NCBI RefSeq assembly: GCF_009914755.1
Contig: NC_060928.1
Strand: one strand, 5' to 3'
Length of the DNA stretch: 64,000 nt
Source of the DNA: the human T2T-CHM13v2.0 reference genome, Homo sapiens
Part shown: positions 39,740 through 54,169 of the stretch, one piece after another
Layout of the letters: each line of letters opens with the position of its first letter
How positions within the stretch are numbered: position 1 is the stretch's first letter
Made by a program: the position numbers and the translations under genes
Notes under the pieces: model-generated
Database searches by the model: none
Told to the model about the DNA's origin: nothing
Seen by the model: the letters and a program-made list of their open reading frames with translations, nothing else

Positions 39740-41790
39740 TCTTAACCTTTCTATTACCCTATAAATGTGACCCTTGTAAGGAACATATCATGTTTTTTCA
39801 ATCATGCCTGACAATCTTTTCTCTTAATCACAGTAGCTCATCACTTCACTTTCAATGTATTTATGAAATACTGGGTATTGACTTTCTATCTATTTATTTT
39901 CTATTTGTTTCACATGTATTGCATTCCTTATTCTCTTCTTTCTCACCTTGTTTTGAATTGACAGAGGTATTATTTATTGTTCTTGTTATTTCATTGTTCC
40001 TCTCAAATGCCTTGTTAGGATTACATAAGTTTTTTTTAGATGTTATCTTAAAGATTGCAACATGTTTCCTTGGCATAATCTGTTCTAATATAAATTAATA
40101 TTTTACCCCATTCTAGATAACTCTAGGAACTTATTACATGTAAGTCCATTTGCATATCTCCTGCTCTTTGTTTATTGTAATCATTATTTTAATTCTACAT
40201 GTATCATTTCATTTGTACAGACATTATTATTTTGTTCATAATCAATGTTCATTTGTATTCACCCACATAGTAACCTTTTATTTTTGCTTTTTTTTGTTCT
40301 TTCATTTTCATGTTTCCACTTAGAGTCATTTTACTTCTGCCTGAGAAATCTTTAAATATTTATGTTTCAGTAGATCCACTGGTGATAAATTATATCAGTT
40401 TTTATTCATCTGGAAACATAGAGATTTCTTGATTGGCAACTATTTTTCAGCACTTTAAATATGACATGTAATTGTCTTCTGGCTTTTATTGTTCCTGTTA
40501 AGTCAGATCATTTTTTTGTTGTTGTTGTTGTTTCATATATAATCTATATATAATATGTTTTATATATATATAATCTATATATAATGTTTTTTATATATCT
40601 AAAATCTCTCTCTATATACATATAGACCTGTATTCACCACCATAGTATCATACAGAATAGTTTTACAGCCCTAAAATTCTTCTTACTCTAACTCTTCATT
40701 CCTCCCTCCTTACCAGCATCTGGCAACCACTGATCTTTCCACTCTCTTCAGAGTTTTGCCTTTTCCAAAGTTTCATTTAGTGGCAATTTCACAGTATGTA
40801 GCCTTTTCAAATTTGCTTCTTTCATTTAATACTATGTATTCAATATTTCTCCATGTCTTTTGTGGTTTTATAGCTCTTTTTTAGTGATGAATAATTTCCC
40901 TATGTCTGGATATATCACAGCTTATTTATCCATTCACTTACTGAGGGACATCTTAGTTGTTTCTAAGTTTTGGCAATTATAAGTAAAGCTGCTATAAAAT
41001 ATAAACATCTCTCTGTAGATTTTTCTGTCAAAATAAGTTTTTAACTTATATGGGTAAAGACAAAAGAGTGAGATCCTCTTTTAAAAAAATAAAACGTATT
41101 TGCATTGAGTATGTGTGTGTCTTTAATATTTTATCTTAGTCAGGTTGTTAGTCATTTTACTATGTGGTTAAGTGAAGTTTTCTTTATATTTGTCCCTTTG
41201 TATTAGACTGTAGTACTTCTTAAATCCTTACCTGCCAGTTTTGGAGAATGATCACTTATTACTTCTTTGTTCTCTGTCAACATTCATTTCTTTAAATGTG
41301 GTTTAGGCCTTTTATACTTTGTCTCAAATGTCTTTTACACTTTCTGCCACTTTTTTCTCTCCATTCTTTAGCTTGTATATTTTCTACTGACCTATTTGTA
41401 ATATTGCTAACCTTTCCTTCTGCTTTTTCAAATCTGCAATTAAACCCATATATGAAGTTTTAAACTCAGACATTTGTTTTCTTTTCAGATAATCCACTTA
41501 ATTTATTTTTTAAGACTCCATCTAATTAGTGAAATTTCCATGTTCTTTTATTCTCTTGAACAAATGTATCACTATTATTTTAAAATACTTTGTCTTCTAT
41601 ACCTACTACCTAGGTCACCTGCTTCTATTTTTAATGTTTTGTTCTGTGTGTGTGTATGTGATATGAATAACACATTTTAATTGAATGTTTAACATTGTGT
41701 ATAAAAAATTCTAGCCTCTAGATGTATAATTACTCTCAAAAGAGAGTTTCTCCTATTCTCTGGGTGAGGAAAGATCACACCTTAAGTTAG
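39740..41790 (-). mobile_element. Old L1M fragments with a nested L1MC-type 3' end at ~40625-41075
   Basis: T-rich antisense L1 text; nested piece ACCATAGTATCATACAGAATAGTTTTACAGCCCTAAAA...GGCAACCACTGATCTTT. Confidence 0.65.
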
Positions 41791-42648
41791 ACAGTGCAGA
41801 AACTAATTTGTGAATTGGGCTAAATTGCACGGAAGGTCCATTGCATTCCTCCTTCCTCTATACCACATTGTCTCGAGCTCACTGTCTCCAGACAAAAATG
41901 AAACTTAAAATTATAGAATGTTAGACATAGGGGGTACTTCAGAGATCATTAACCAAATGATTTTATTTTTACAGTGGGAGAAGTGCCAAGATAATGTAAA
42001 TGATTTGCTAAGATTTCACATAGATATATAGTTGAAATTACAGAACTGGAATCCAATTACCCCGTACCTCAATTCCCCGTTCTCACATCTCCTGAAGTGG
42101 TACACTTTGTACTCTCCGGGTGCACTTGCCAAGATTTCACTGCATAATTCAGAAATCAACTCCAGTGGATCTAAACTGACACATAATTTATTAGAGGTTT
42201 ATATTCCAGCTTACAAAATTACTGGAGGTCTGGAGACCGAGGCTAAGAAAATGCTCAAGGTCTAAGAAAGGCTGCAGGGAGTTTGGGCAGCATCATCTGC
42301 CGGAGCAGCCTGGCTGGGGCACATGGCTGGTGCTGCCAATAGTGTGTCTTCTGGATCCTGCTGGATGCTGCCAAAGAGAGCAATCTCGGAACTTTTTATT
42401 TGCCTTTTCCTCATTCACTTGCAATTTAAATTTCTGGGCAAAAGCATCTTAGTAAGCAAGCTGTGGTCACGTGACTCTCACAGCCATCCAGGGTGCAGAG
42501 TAAGGCACATTGAGAATGGAAACCTGACTCTTAAAATAATAACAAAAAATGTCTGTATCATTGGTTTAGTATGAAGTACAGAGATCTTTCAGTGAAGAGA
42601 TTTGGCTTTTCATCTAGACCTAAAAGGGTTAAAAAAATTAGACGATAA

Positions 42649-42982
<334 letters not shown>

Positions 42983-43651
42983 TTATTTTTCTTATCTGAA
43001 AAATAGATTTAATAACTTTTGCCTTTTCGTAATTCACAGAAGTATTGGGAAGACCTTAGAAGTCATATAAAGTAAATGAGATTTATAAGCATAATTGTTT
43101 GATATATGCCACTATAAGATAATAGCAGTCTTACTAAAATAAATAAAGCCATCATCACTTTTTTTTTTCCTTATGGCTATCTTACCTATGAATTAAAAGT
43201 AAACTGTTTGGCAAAATCAGCAAAATTTCATGAAAATTGAAATAATACATTCAAGTAACTATAAGTTGATTTTTAAAATATGTTCAATACACCCAAACCC
43301 CATAATTTATGGTTAAACTGGAAAATTATTTGTAGCTGAAGGAGGTCCATATTTTTAGTTTTATTTGAAGCCCCATGTCCACAATCTTTTTCATTATTAA
43401 AGAGACAGCATATCAATTTCTGGATTTCATTTTGCTCTATCAGTTTCCAGTAAGAAATTTTAGTTTCCAGGCCTCATTCTTAAACTCACTGTATGGTTGT
43501 CCATTATAAATGTGTCTGGGTGACCAATTACAAAGCAGAGTAGACCTCTGTGGTGATGGGGTATGTATTAGATAAGAGGCTTTATTCATCCTGTAGACAG
43601 TCTCAGCAACGAGCTCAATGAGTGACTGAGTACTAGGCTAAACCCTCTTTC

Positions 43652-43813
43652 TTTTTTTTTTTAAAGAAAAAAAAGAGTTTTATTTTTCCCCCCTAAATTT
43701 CATAGATCTTTTATCTTCCCTTGCTGCCCTGACAAATGCCCTACTAGAAGTGGTGGCAGCAGGAACCGCTGTTTTTGTCTTATCTTTTTTTTGCTTTTTT
43801 CTTTTTTTTCATG
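43652..43813 (-). other. Putative L1 3'-transduced segment (A-rich tract + ~120 bp flank + AATAAA + poly-A)
   Basis: Lies inside the TSD; on the minus strand it has an A-rich tract (43785-43809), AATAAA (43679-43684) and poly-A (43652-43662) abutting the TSD. Confidence 0.7.
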
Positions 43814-44060
43814 ATGTTCTCACTCATAGGTGGGAATTGAACGATGAGAACACATGGACACAGGAAGGGGAACATCACACACTGGGGACTGTTGTGGGGT
43901 TCGGGGAGCGGGGAGGGATAGCATTAGGAGGTATACCTAATGCTAAATGACGAGTTAATGGGTGCAGCACACCAACATGGCACATGTATACATATGTAAC
44001 TAACCTGCACGTTGTGCACATGTACCCTAAAACTTAAAGTACAACAATAATAAAATTAAA
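43814..44060 (+). mobile_element. L1PA (PA3/PA4-like) 3'UTR fragment
   Basis: ATGTTCTCACTCATAGGTGGGAATTGAAC...GCTAAATGACGAGTTAATGGGTGCAGCACACCAACATGGC...CCCTAAAACTTAAAGTA; TSD TAAACCCTCTTTCT at 43639-43652 and 44057-44070. Confidence 0.95.
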
Positions 44061-44228
44061 CCCTCTTTCTAAATCAGGTGTTTGCTGTGTCTAGACTGAC
44101 ATTCATCGGTGTTATTGTGAATTAAAATTGCAATACTATAAATATATGTGGCTTAATAGTTACTTTTAAGATTCTCGGATTTAAATCCGTCTTAATTCAA
44201 AACATTCACATACAAAAACATAGACACA

Positions 44229-44580
<352 letters not shown>

Positions 44581-45275
44581 TCAAAGGTTTTCTTTGTATT
44601 TAGCCAACCTATGATGACTATTAGAATGATATTATCATAAGTAAATTCATCTTCTAAAATGGCATTAGTATAATAAAACAGAAGGTAACTATATACATTA
44701 TTAAAAATCAGGAATTCTAAAACTAATAACTTAATTTATGAGTTCTGCAATAGCGTTATACCGTATTTCAATAAATGAATTTACATATATATGCCTATGG
44801 TAGCAGCAGGAAGTCATAGATGACAAGCAGGAAAAGTTGCTAATCTTTCTCCTTTTAACCATATCTTATAATGTTATGTTTCAGAAAAGAAAATAGAAAT
44901 AATGGAATGATAATTTATTTTTGTAGGCAGCAAAAGTTTTAAAAGTTTTTGTGTAAAAAATTTTCAAGAACAAACCAAAAGCTGTCACCTCGAAATTATT
45001 CTAAAATGAGAAACAAGTAATTAGTGACTTTTCCCTTTGCATAATGAGAGTCATTAAAATGACAAAAAGACAGAGTGATATAATGAAATCCATATATTAA
45101 TAATCCTTGTTTAATATTTGACATTATGCCAGGAGACTAATGTATTTATGATTACTAAAACATTAAAACATTTATACTGTATTTCATGAGCAAGACGAGT
45201 AAAATTATTGATAGATTTCATTTGTTACAATAAAATACTGCTAATATCTTGATTTTATTTAAGAAACTCAATATG

Positions 45276-45684
<409 letters not shown>

Positions 45685-47975
45685 CTAATGACACATCTGT
45701 TGTATAGTGTATATTGTAGAATACACAACATAACATATAGGTACAAAGTTTGAAAGTTAAAGATGTACTCACAAAACAACAAAAACCAAAAACATAAACT
45801 ACGGGCATTATTACCACAGATGTGTGATTAAGTACACATAAACTTTGAGTTTGTCTTCTAAGGCTCACAGCATTGAGTGTACTAGATCCTACACTTCTCA
45901 ATGGATAATTATTGGAAGCTATAATTACACTTTCCTTTCTAAATATGCAAAACCAGTTTAAGAAAAAGTATTCTAAAATTATTAAAGTTTAAGGTTTACA
46001 ATGTCTTAAATAAAAGTATTCAAGAATTCAAGTCTGAAAATTTCCCTTTGTATTAAAGACTGGATGTATGTCAAACCCTTCAGGAAAAGAACTAAGTAAA
46101 CTTTAAGAAAAGCCTCCAAAAGCCTAAAATGTGTCATTGGCCCTAAATTCAGCTTACTACACATCTAATGCCAAGTAATGTCTTATTCCTCCATTATAAA
46201 TGAAATGACTTTATGGGTAAACATATTAGATAATTTCATAAAGATGTCTGACTGAAAGCTGTAACTATGTCTCGCTGGGTAAGCTCAGGTAATATATATA
46301 TACACATACATATATATATATAATATATATATATAAATTTCCATGATGTCTGTCAGATGGCAAGGCCATCACCTCATCAGTCAGAGAGCGTATCTTAGTT
46401 GCTACTTCTAGTCATTACTTTTCATACATCTTGCAATATTTTGGGGATTATGCTCTAAAGCATTCTGGGACATCACAGATCTATAAGATAAGACTTTTAT
46501 TAGGCTCTTATGAATTTCCTTGTTGCAGTTTTTCATATTCATATAGGGTAAAGAAGTTGTGCTGAGTTTTCCTGGGGGTACTAATAGTGTGAATCTTTGC
46601 ATAGGATCACTTGATAGATGTCAGTGATCCTGAGGCAAAGAGAATTGTGAGAGCAAATTGTCTGGAGATCAAGCAGCAGGTGTTCAGGATCTGATAACAG
46701 ACCGTGACCGATCTTGCAGAGCACCTGCTTTGTATCTCAAGGGATTTCCTGTCTTTCATACTTTTTGACTGAATAGCCAATGAAATGTTGGAAAGACTGG
46801 AATGTATTTCAAATCTTGCAGAAAAACGAAGACACTTTTTGATTGTTGTTCTGGTGACTGATTTTTACATGTAGGGAATGTTCATGGGTCTGGGTGGGGA
46901 GTGGTGTGAAAAGAATATAATTCTGAAATAACTCTCAGGGATATAATTAGCAATCTGGGAATTGGGAATTAGAGAGATACACACTAGGGCTAGGGTGGTT
47001 CACAACATTGAAAATAAATACTTAAAGTGCAGATTTCCTTTTGATGTGTAAGACACAAATTAGCAATTTTTTCATATTGTGTTTTTACTTGAGGTGAGAA
47101 TGCACACTCTTAGTACATAAAATGTAATAATTGAATTAACTTGACAGTGACAAAATTTAAAATATATATATATTTCTCAAACATCAATTTATCAAGTTAC
47201 ATCCCAATTATACCAAATTTTTGGTATAATTTCCAAATTATGCCAAATTGGAGAGAAGAAACTTGGGTGTATTTGACTAGCAATGATGACATTGGGGTAG
47301 TGGTTGGAGTCTGGTATAGAAGCAATCAGAGATCATCACAGAGATCAACTTAGCTCTGTTATTTATTAGCTTTTGTTTTAGAGAAGTTCCTTAGCCAAGA
47401 TGAGCTTCAGTTCATCATCTGTCCAGAAGAGAGAACTTTCTATCTGATTGGGCTAATATGACCATCAAGTAAATTGACATACATTTTAACTGAAAAGTAT
47501 TGTATGGTTTTTACTTATATAACCATGAATAATGAACTTTGAAAACATCATAATCAAGTGGCTATGAACATTGTTTAACTCTTTCCATTCAATAAATCGA
47601 ATTAAAATTTACATAAAATCCTTGGTTAATCTCCTGAAATTTGACTGCCATGCTGCAGCTTTCAGATTTTTGAGGCTTAGAGATGTTCTCATTCAATTTG
47701 ATTAAACTCACATTTATTGAGCACTTTCTAAGTACAGAGCTTGAACTAAATATAAGAAGAGAGAGAGAGAGACAGAGAGGACTCTTCTTATTCAGAAGAA
47801 ATCTGGAGGTAGAGAACCTGAAACCCACACAGATAATTTTCATGAAAAGATAATTAAAGTATAATGGTACAAGTTTTCATTTATTGTGTATTTAGGGCTG
47901 GGAAAATACCTAACCGCCCTTAAATTCATTATATAATTGACTCTTTGCAGTAAATGTGTGCTAGAGGTATGATTA

Positions 47976-50570
47976 TGGGCATGTCTTCTTTTATTGCATT
48001 TTGCTTTATTGTGCTTTGCCTTATCATGTTTCATAGACATTATTTTTATTTACAAATTGATGGTTTGTGATAATATCATGTACATCGAATCTATTGGATT
48101 CGTTTTTCTAATACCACGTGCTCACTTTATGTCTCTCTGTCACATTTTGGTAATTCAAACCTTTTCATTATTATTATATCTGTTATGGGGTCTGTGATCA
48201 ATGATTTGGTATGTTACTCCTACATCAGAGTAATAGTCACACCATGAACCACCTCCACAGAAATGTCAAACTTAATCAATCAATAAATGTGTGTGTTCTG
48301 ACTGCTCCACTGACCAGCTGTTCCTTCATATCTCTCCCTCTCCTTGGTCCTCTCTGCCCCATGAGACACAATAACATGGAAATTAGGCCAATTAGTAACT
48401 CTACAATGGCTTCTAAATATTCAGGTGAAAAAGAGTTGCTCATTTCTCACATCAAATCAAAACTATAAATGATTAAAATTAATAAGCAAGACATGTCAAA
48501 AGGTGAGACAGACTGAAAACTAGGCCTCTTTTCCAAAGAGTTGGCCAAGCTGTGAATGCAAAGAAAAAATTTTTGAAGGAAATTAAAAATGCTAATCTAA
48601 TGAACACAAATTATTCAAAAAAAAACAACTTTATTGCTGATATGGAGAAAGTTTTGGTGGTCTGAATAAGATAAACCCAGCTACAACATTCCTTTAAGCC
48701 AAAGCCTAATCCAAAGCAAAGCCCTAACACTCTTCCATTCTCTGAAGGCTGAGGGAGGAGGGAAAGCTTCAGGAGAAAAGTTGGAAACTAGCAGAGGTTA
48801 GTTGTTGAGGTTTAAGGAAGGAAACCGTCTCCATAACATAAAAGTGTAAGGCGAAGCAGCAGGTGAGGTAGCAAGCACTGATGTAGAAGCTGATGCAAGT
48901 TATCCAAAAGATCTCACTAAGATCATTGATGTAGGTGGCTACTCTAACAACAGATCTTCAATGCAGACAAAGCAACCTTATTCTGGAAGATGTCACCTAG
49001 GATTTTCATTGCTTGAGAAGAAAAGTCAATGACTGGTTGCAAGAATTCGAAGGACAGGCTGACTCTCTAGTTAAGGACTAATGTTACAGCTGGTGACTTT
49101 AAGTTGAAACCAATCCTCATTGACCACTCTGAAAATCCTAGGGCCCTTAAGAGTTAAGCTAAATCCACACTGTCCGGGCTCTATAAATGAAACAACACAG
49201 CCTGGATGATAGCACATTTATTTACAGCATGGTTTACTGAATATTTTAAGCCCACTGTTGAGACCTACCACCCAGAAAAAAATATTCAGAATATTTTCAC
49301 CTATTTCTGTTGATTGACAGCACATCTGGTCACCCAAGAGCTCTGGTGGAGGTGAACTCTGAGGTGAGCTCTGATGGAGGTTTCATGCCTGCTAATATGA
49401 CATCCACTCTGCAGCTCACAGATTGAAAAATCCAACAATTGTGGTGATGGTTGTGCAACTCTGTGAATGTGCTAAAAATCACTGCATTGTACGTTTTAAA
49501 TAGGTGAACTGTATGGTACGTTAATTATATCTCAATAAATCTAGGTCAGAATTATTTTGTTGGAAGGTGATAAAGTCACCAAAAAGGGGTCCCAATCTTT
49601 GACTTTCAAGTCTTATAATTTAAGAAATATATTTTTTAAAGCTATAGTTGTCATGAAGAGTGATCCCTCTGATGATTCTGGCCAAAGTAAATTGAAAACC
49701 CTCTGGAAAGAATTCACAATTTTAGATGCCATTAAGAACATTTGTGATTCATGGGAGGAGATAAAAATATCTATATTAATAGACTTTTAGAAGAAATTGA
49801 TTCCAATGCTTATAGATGACTTTGAGGGTTTTGAGACTTCAGTGAAGAAAGTAACTGTATATGTGGTGGAATTAGCAAGAGAGCTAGAATTAGAAGTGGA
49901 GCTTGAAGATGTGACTGAAACGCCACAATCTCATGATCAAACTTTCATGGATGGGGAGTTGCTTCTTATGGATGAGCAAAGAAAGTGATTTCTTGAGATG
50001 GAATTTATTCTTGGTGAAGATGCTGTGAACATGGTTGAAATCACAACAAATAATTTAGGATATTACATCAACTTGATAAAACTGCAGCAGGGTTTGAGAG
50101 GATTGACTCTATTTTTAGAAGAAGTTCTACTGTAACTAAAATGCTATCAAACAGCATCACATGCTACAGAGGAGTCTTTTGTAAAAGAAACAGTCAATTG
50201 ACGAGGCAAACATCATTGTTGTCTTATTTTAAGAAATTGTCACAGCCATCACAACCTTTAGCAAACACCACCCTGATTATTCAGCAGCCATCAATATTGA
50301 GGCAAGGCCTGTACCAGCTAAAAGATTATGACTCCCTGAAGGCTCAGATGATCATTAGCATTTTCTAGCATTAAGGTATTTTTAATTAAAGTATTTCTGT
50401 TATTTTCTCAGACATAATCTTATTGTACACTTAATAGACTGCAGTATAGTGGAAAAATAACTTTTATTTGCATTGGGAAACCAAGAAATTCATGTGATTC
50501 ACCTTACTGTGATATTTGCTTTATTGCAGTGGTGGGGAACTGAACCCGCAATACTTCTGAGGTATGTCTG
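47976..50570 (+). mobile_element. Tigger1 (TcMar-Tigger) near full-length DNA transposon, transposase decayed
   Basis: TA flanks, terminal GAGGTATGTCTG; ORF fragments with Tigger1 transposase text ([58 protein letters not shown]); multiple stops. Confidence 0.95.
49438..49543 (+). mobile_element. L1ME/L1MB-type 3' end fragment inside Tigger1
   Basis: GTGGTGATGGTTGTGCAACTCTGTGAAT...GGTGAACTGTATGGTA...ATTATATCTCAATAAA; no poly-A tail. Confidence 0.8.
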
Positions 50571-51638
50571 TAAATTCACATTCCATGAAAAGAAACTAAA
50601 GGACATAGATGATAAACTAAATTGTTAAAGATTTGCCAAGCTGGTATGATTAATTAAATTATGACTGGTTACACAGCTAGTTAGTGGCAGAACCTGGATC
50701 CAGTCTCCAGCGGGACTGCATGACTGTTTCAGTAATATATAATTTGAAAGTTCAAAGGGTGGGGTTTCAAAACCAGGTCAGGAAAGATTTGAGGAGTTGA
50801 CAAATGAGAAAAATAAGAAAGACAACTCTGTGTAAGGGTGGAATTTTAAGCTTAAAAATTGTGTGAGAAGAGACACTGGATAACAGACAAATAACCTTAT
50901 ATATGCAAAAACCACAAGCTGTTTAGTGCTGCTGGATGATAAAGTGGGCAGCCTTGAGTGGTAAAAAAAAATAAATAAATAAATACAAGACTGCTAATGC
51001 CAACTCATAAAGGCTGAGTGTGCCCGTTAGGAGTCTTCAGCTGTAGCTTGAGGGCAATGATGACCTTAAAGAGATTTGATATGAGAAAAGGGACACTTGT
51101 ATTTGATGTTTAGCTAGCTCGCTGGCTATTTAAGAGACGTTGAATTCAAGGACAAGGAGATTGGAGTTAAGGAGGCTCACTAGAAATATTTTGAAGTTAT
51201 CCAGTCAATAAATGGTTGAGGTTTAAAAAAAGAAAAAAAGATAGAAGCAATGAAAAAAATAAATGTGTGAAAAAGGAAGTCAAGTCAGTAGGATTGGATG
51301 TTTGTTGGGGGAGGGTGCACAGCAGGGAGAGGAAAGGGCTGTGATGCCTCCCAGTTTCATGCTTGCATTACTAAGGGCAGTGCCTCAAAGGGGATAGGAA
51401 GTACAGTGGAGAGCTGAGTTTGTGGGGCCAGCACCGCAGCAGGTGTTTTATAGGTGATGAGATATAGAAATATAAGGCTTAGAAGAGCTATCTAAACAGG
51501 GATCACTGGCATCTGGGAGCCATTGGCATAAGGATAGTTATAACCATGAGAATCAGTGAGAGAACTCATGGGCAACTTGGGATCATGGAACTGAGAAACT
51601 CCTTTCCAGGAATAATGGCATCAAAGTAATTTGAATAT

Positions 51639-52002
51639 CGATATGTTTGGCTGTGTCCCCTCCCAAATCTCATTTTGAATTGTAGCTCCCACAATTCCCA
51701 TGTGTCATGGGACGGACTCAGTGGGAGGTAATTGAATCATGGGGGTGAGTGTTTCCTGTGCTGTTCTCATGATAGTGAATAAGTCCCAGGAGATCTGATG
51801 GTTTTATAAAGAGGAGTTCCCCTGCACAAATTCTCTCTTCCCTGCCACCATGTGAGATGTGACTTACTCCTCCTTGCCTTCTGCCCTGATTTTGAGGCCT
51901 CCCCAGCCATGTGGATTGTGAGTCCATGGAACCTCTTTTTCTTTCTAAGTTACCCATTCTCAGGTATGTCTTTATTAGCAACATGATATATGGACTAATA
52001 CA
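51639..52002 (+). mobile_element. THE1B/C solo LTR
   Basis: GATATGTTTGGCTGTGTCCC...GGACTAATACA; TSD AATAT/AATAC. Confidence 0.93.
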
Positions 52003-53197
52003 AATACTGGCTAATTCAGCACACTAAATCTGTTTCCCTTCCCACACCCAAACACTAAGGGGGCATTAAACCATGTGCACTGTCAAAATGTATTCTGGCT
52101 ATCACCTACTTTGGAATCACCTGGCCACCTGTTGATAATGATAGTGTCTTTGCTCCGCTCCAGGAATAATAACTTAAAATCCTCTGAAAATAGGGAGCAA
52201 GAAATTCATTTTCACACAACTCTCCTGGTGGTTGCTTATTCCAAACCTAAGAAATAATGTACTTTAGCCAGTGCTTCTCAAATATTAATGAGTCTACGAG
52301 TTACCTGATTGTCATGCTAAAATGCGGAATCAGATTGCATGTGTTTGAGGAAAGCCTGATCCTCTACATTTCTAATAAGCTTTTTGAAGTGGTCAAAATT
52401 TCACACATTGATAAACAAGGCCTCAGGGCGTGTGATGCCATCTCAGATTGGATGTCATCAGGTATAAATAGTCAGTGTATTTGGGTTATCATTATTATTT
52501 CCTCATTAGCATTATTTTTATTATTACCATAAAGGATATTACGACTTCCACTCAATGAATTTCTTTTGGAATATCAACCCTGTCCTTTTGAGTTTGTTTC
52601 TAACTCTGTAGCCACAATTTAAAAGAAAAATAAATCACCTGAATAATATTGCTGACTTAAAAATGTAATCTTTTTTTAAATAATTTTATAAAACCCTTCA
52701 AAACTTGAAATATGCAATGTAAGTACCCATGAAGGGAAAAATGGTAGGCTACTTTACATATGTATTTGACCACAGACCTTTCTACATGAGATCTCTATTA
52801 AAAGCTCAAGAAAATATATTTTGGGAATATTGACTAAAGCCGCACCTGAGCTGACTGGAGCAGCTTTTTGCACGTTGTTTTTAGTTTGCTGTAATATACC
52901 TACACTTAAGCTATTGTAAATCAGTTTCTGTAAAGTATTAGAAAGTTGTTTAGCTCTTCTGAATTTCACTTTTCTCATCTGTAAAACTAGCACATTAGTT
53001 CCTATCTTAACACATTGCCAGGATTCAGCTAGGCAATCCAAATAAACACGTAGCATTTTGCCAGCACATTGTAAGAATTCAACAAGTGCTACCTTATTAC
53101 AATTAAAATTTAGTACCTCTGAATTTACTGTTCTTACCCGTGAACTCCAAAGTTGTAGGTCAAACCTGAGTATTATGTTGGTCTCCATTTTGTTCTT

Positions 53198-53333
53198 TTT
53201 CTTTTGTTTTGTTTTTGGAAACAGGGTTTCACTTTGTTACCCAGGCTGGATTCAAACTCTTGGGCTCAAGCAGTCCTCCCACCTCAGCCTAACAAGTAGA
53301 TGAGATTACAGACACATGCCACCATGCCCAGCT
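53198..53333 (-). mobile_element. FLAM / Alu monomer
   Basis: Single Alu arm: ACAGGGTTTCACTTTGTTACCCAGGCTGG...GGGCTCAAGCAGTCCTCCCACCTCAGCC...CCATGCCCAGC. Confidence 0.8.
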
Positions 53334-53339
53334 TTATTT

Positions 53340-53620
53340 CTTATTTATTTATTTTTTAATTGACAAATTAAAAAATTATATATTTTAGAAAATAAAATGC
53401 ATTCATGTTGTTTTGAAATATGTATACATTATGAAATGGTTAAAGCAAGCTAATTAATATACAAATTATTTCATATACTTTTTTTCTGGTGAGACTACTT
53501 AAAATATACTCTTTTACATTTTCAAGAATACAGCATATTATTACTATCTTCACCATGTTGTACAGTAAATCAAACTTATTTCACTCTCTAGTTGAAATGT
53601 TGTATCCTTTGTCCATCATG
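53340..53620 (-). mobile_element. L1MA-type 3' end
   Basis: TTTTGAAATATGTATACATTATGAAATGG...GCTAATTAA...GGTGAGACTACTTAAAAT...CACCATGTTGTACA. Confidence 0.75.
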
Positions 53621-54169
53621 TATTGGTGCTTCTTGTAATTGGAATAGAAATAGAAAATTAATGATTTCCCTTTCAGAACACTGTTTGAATCCATACTATG
53701 GTTTGGGCCAACTACTTACTCACTCGCTCTCATTCCAAGCAGTATTGCCAACTCTGAGTGCTTATATAGGTTCTCATTTTCACTAATATTCTTTTTACTT
53801 CTCTATATTCATTCATTTTTATTTGTTGGGTTATTGCTTATATTTATTTTATTTAAACAAAAGCTAATTTGGTTAAATTAATTTGAAAATACCATGAATC
53901 TAGGAATAATGCCATTTTATAGTTTGGTATTTACTCGTAACTTTAAAAGTGGTTAATAAATGTAAATGAGTAAGTACCTTTCCAAATAATCACACAAACA
54001 TCTTAATCTTGAAAATAAAATTCCATACTGAACTTATAAAAAATGTGTGTAACTACATTTTCTGATTTTTGGCATTGTCAAAGACAAAATCTACTTGAAT
54101 TACATTACATTTAATTTGAGTCTCTGCTTGTAACTATTACACTATATTTGAGAGAACCATTAAAATGGA

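Noticed and set aside
40535-40600. TA-rich ~28-bp tandem units as a templated scar
   Set aside because: It sits at the low-complexity end of a nested L1 fragment; ordinary microsatellite decay explains it.
44176-44189. 14-bp perfect palindrome CGGATTTAAATCCG as a functional site
   Set aside because: A palindrome of this length is expected by chance in 64 kb, and it has no supporting context.
46290-46336. Another microsatellite with inverted flanks
   Set aside because: A TA-rich tract is present but its flanks show no convincing inverted or direct repeat.
48468-50200. Domesticated Tigger transposase gene (TIGD-like)
   Set aside because: The reading frame is broken by many stops, frameshifts and a 170-bp insertion.
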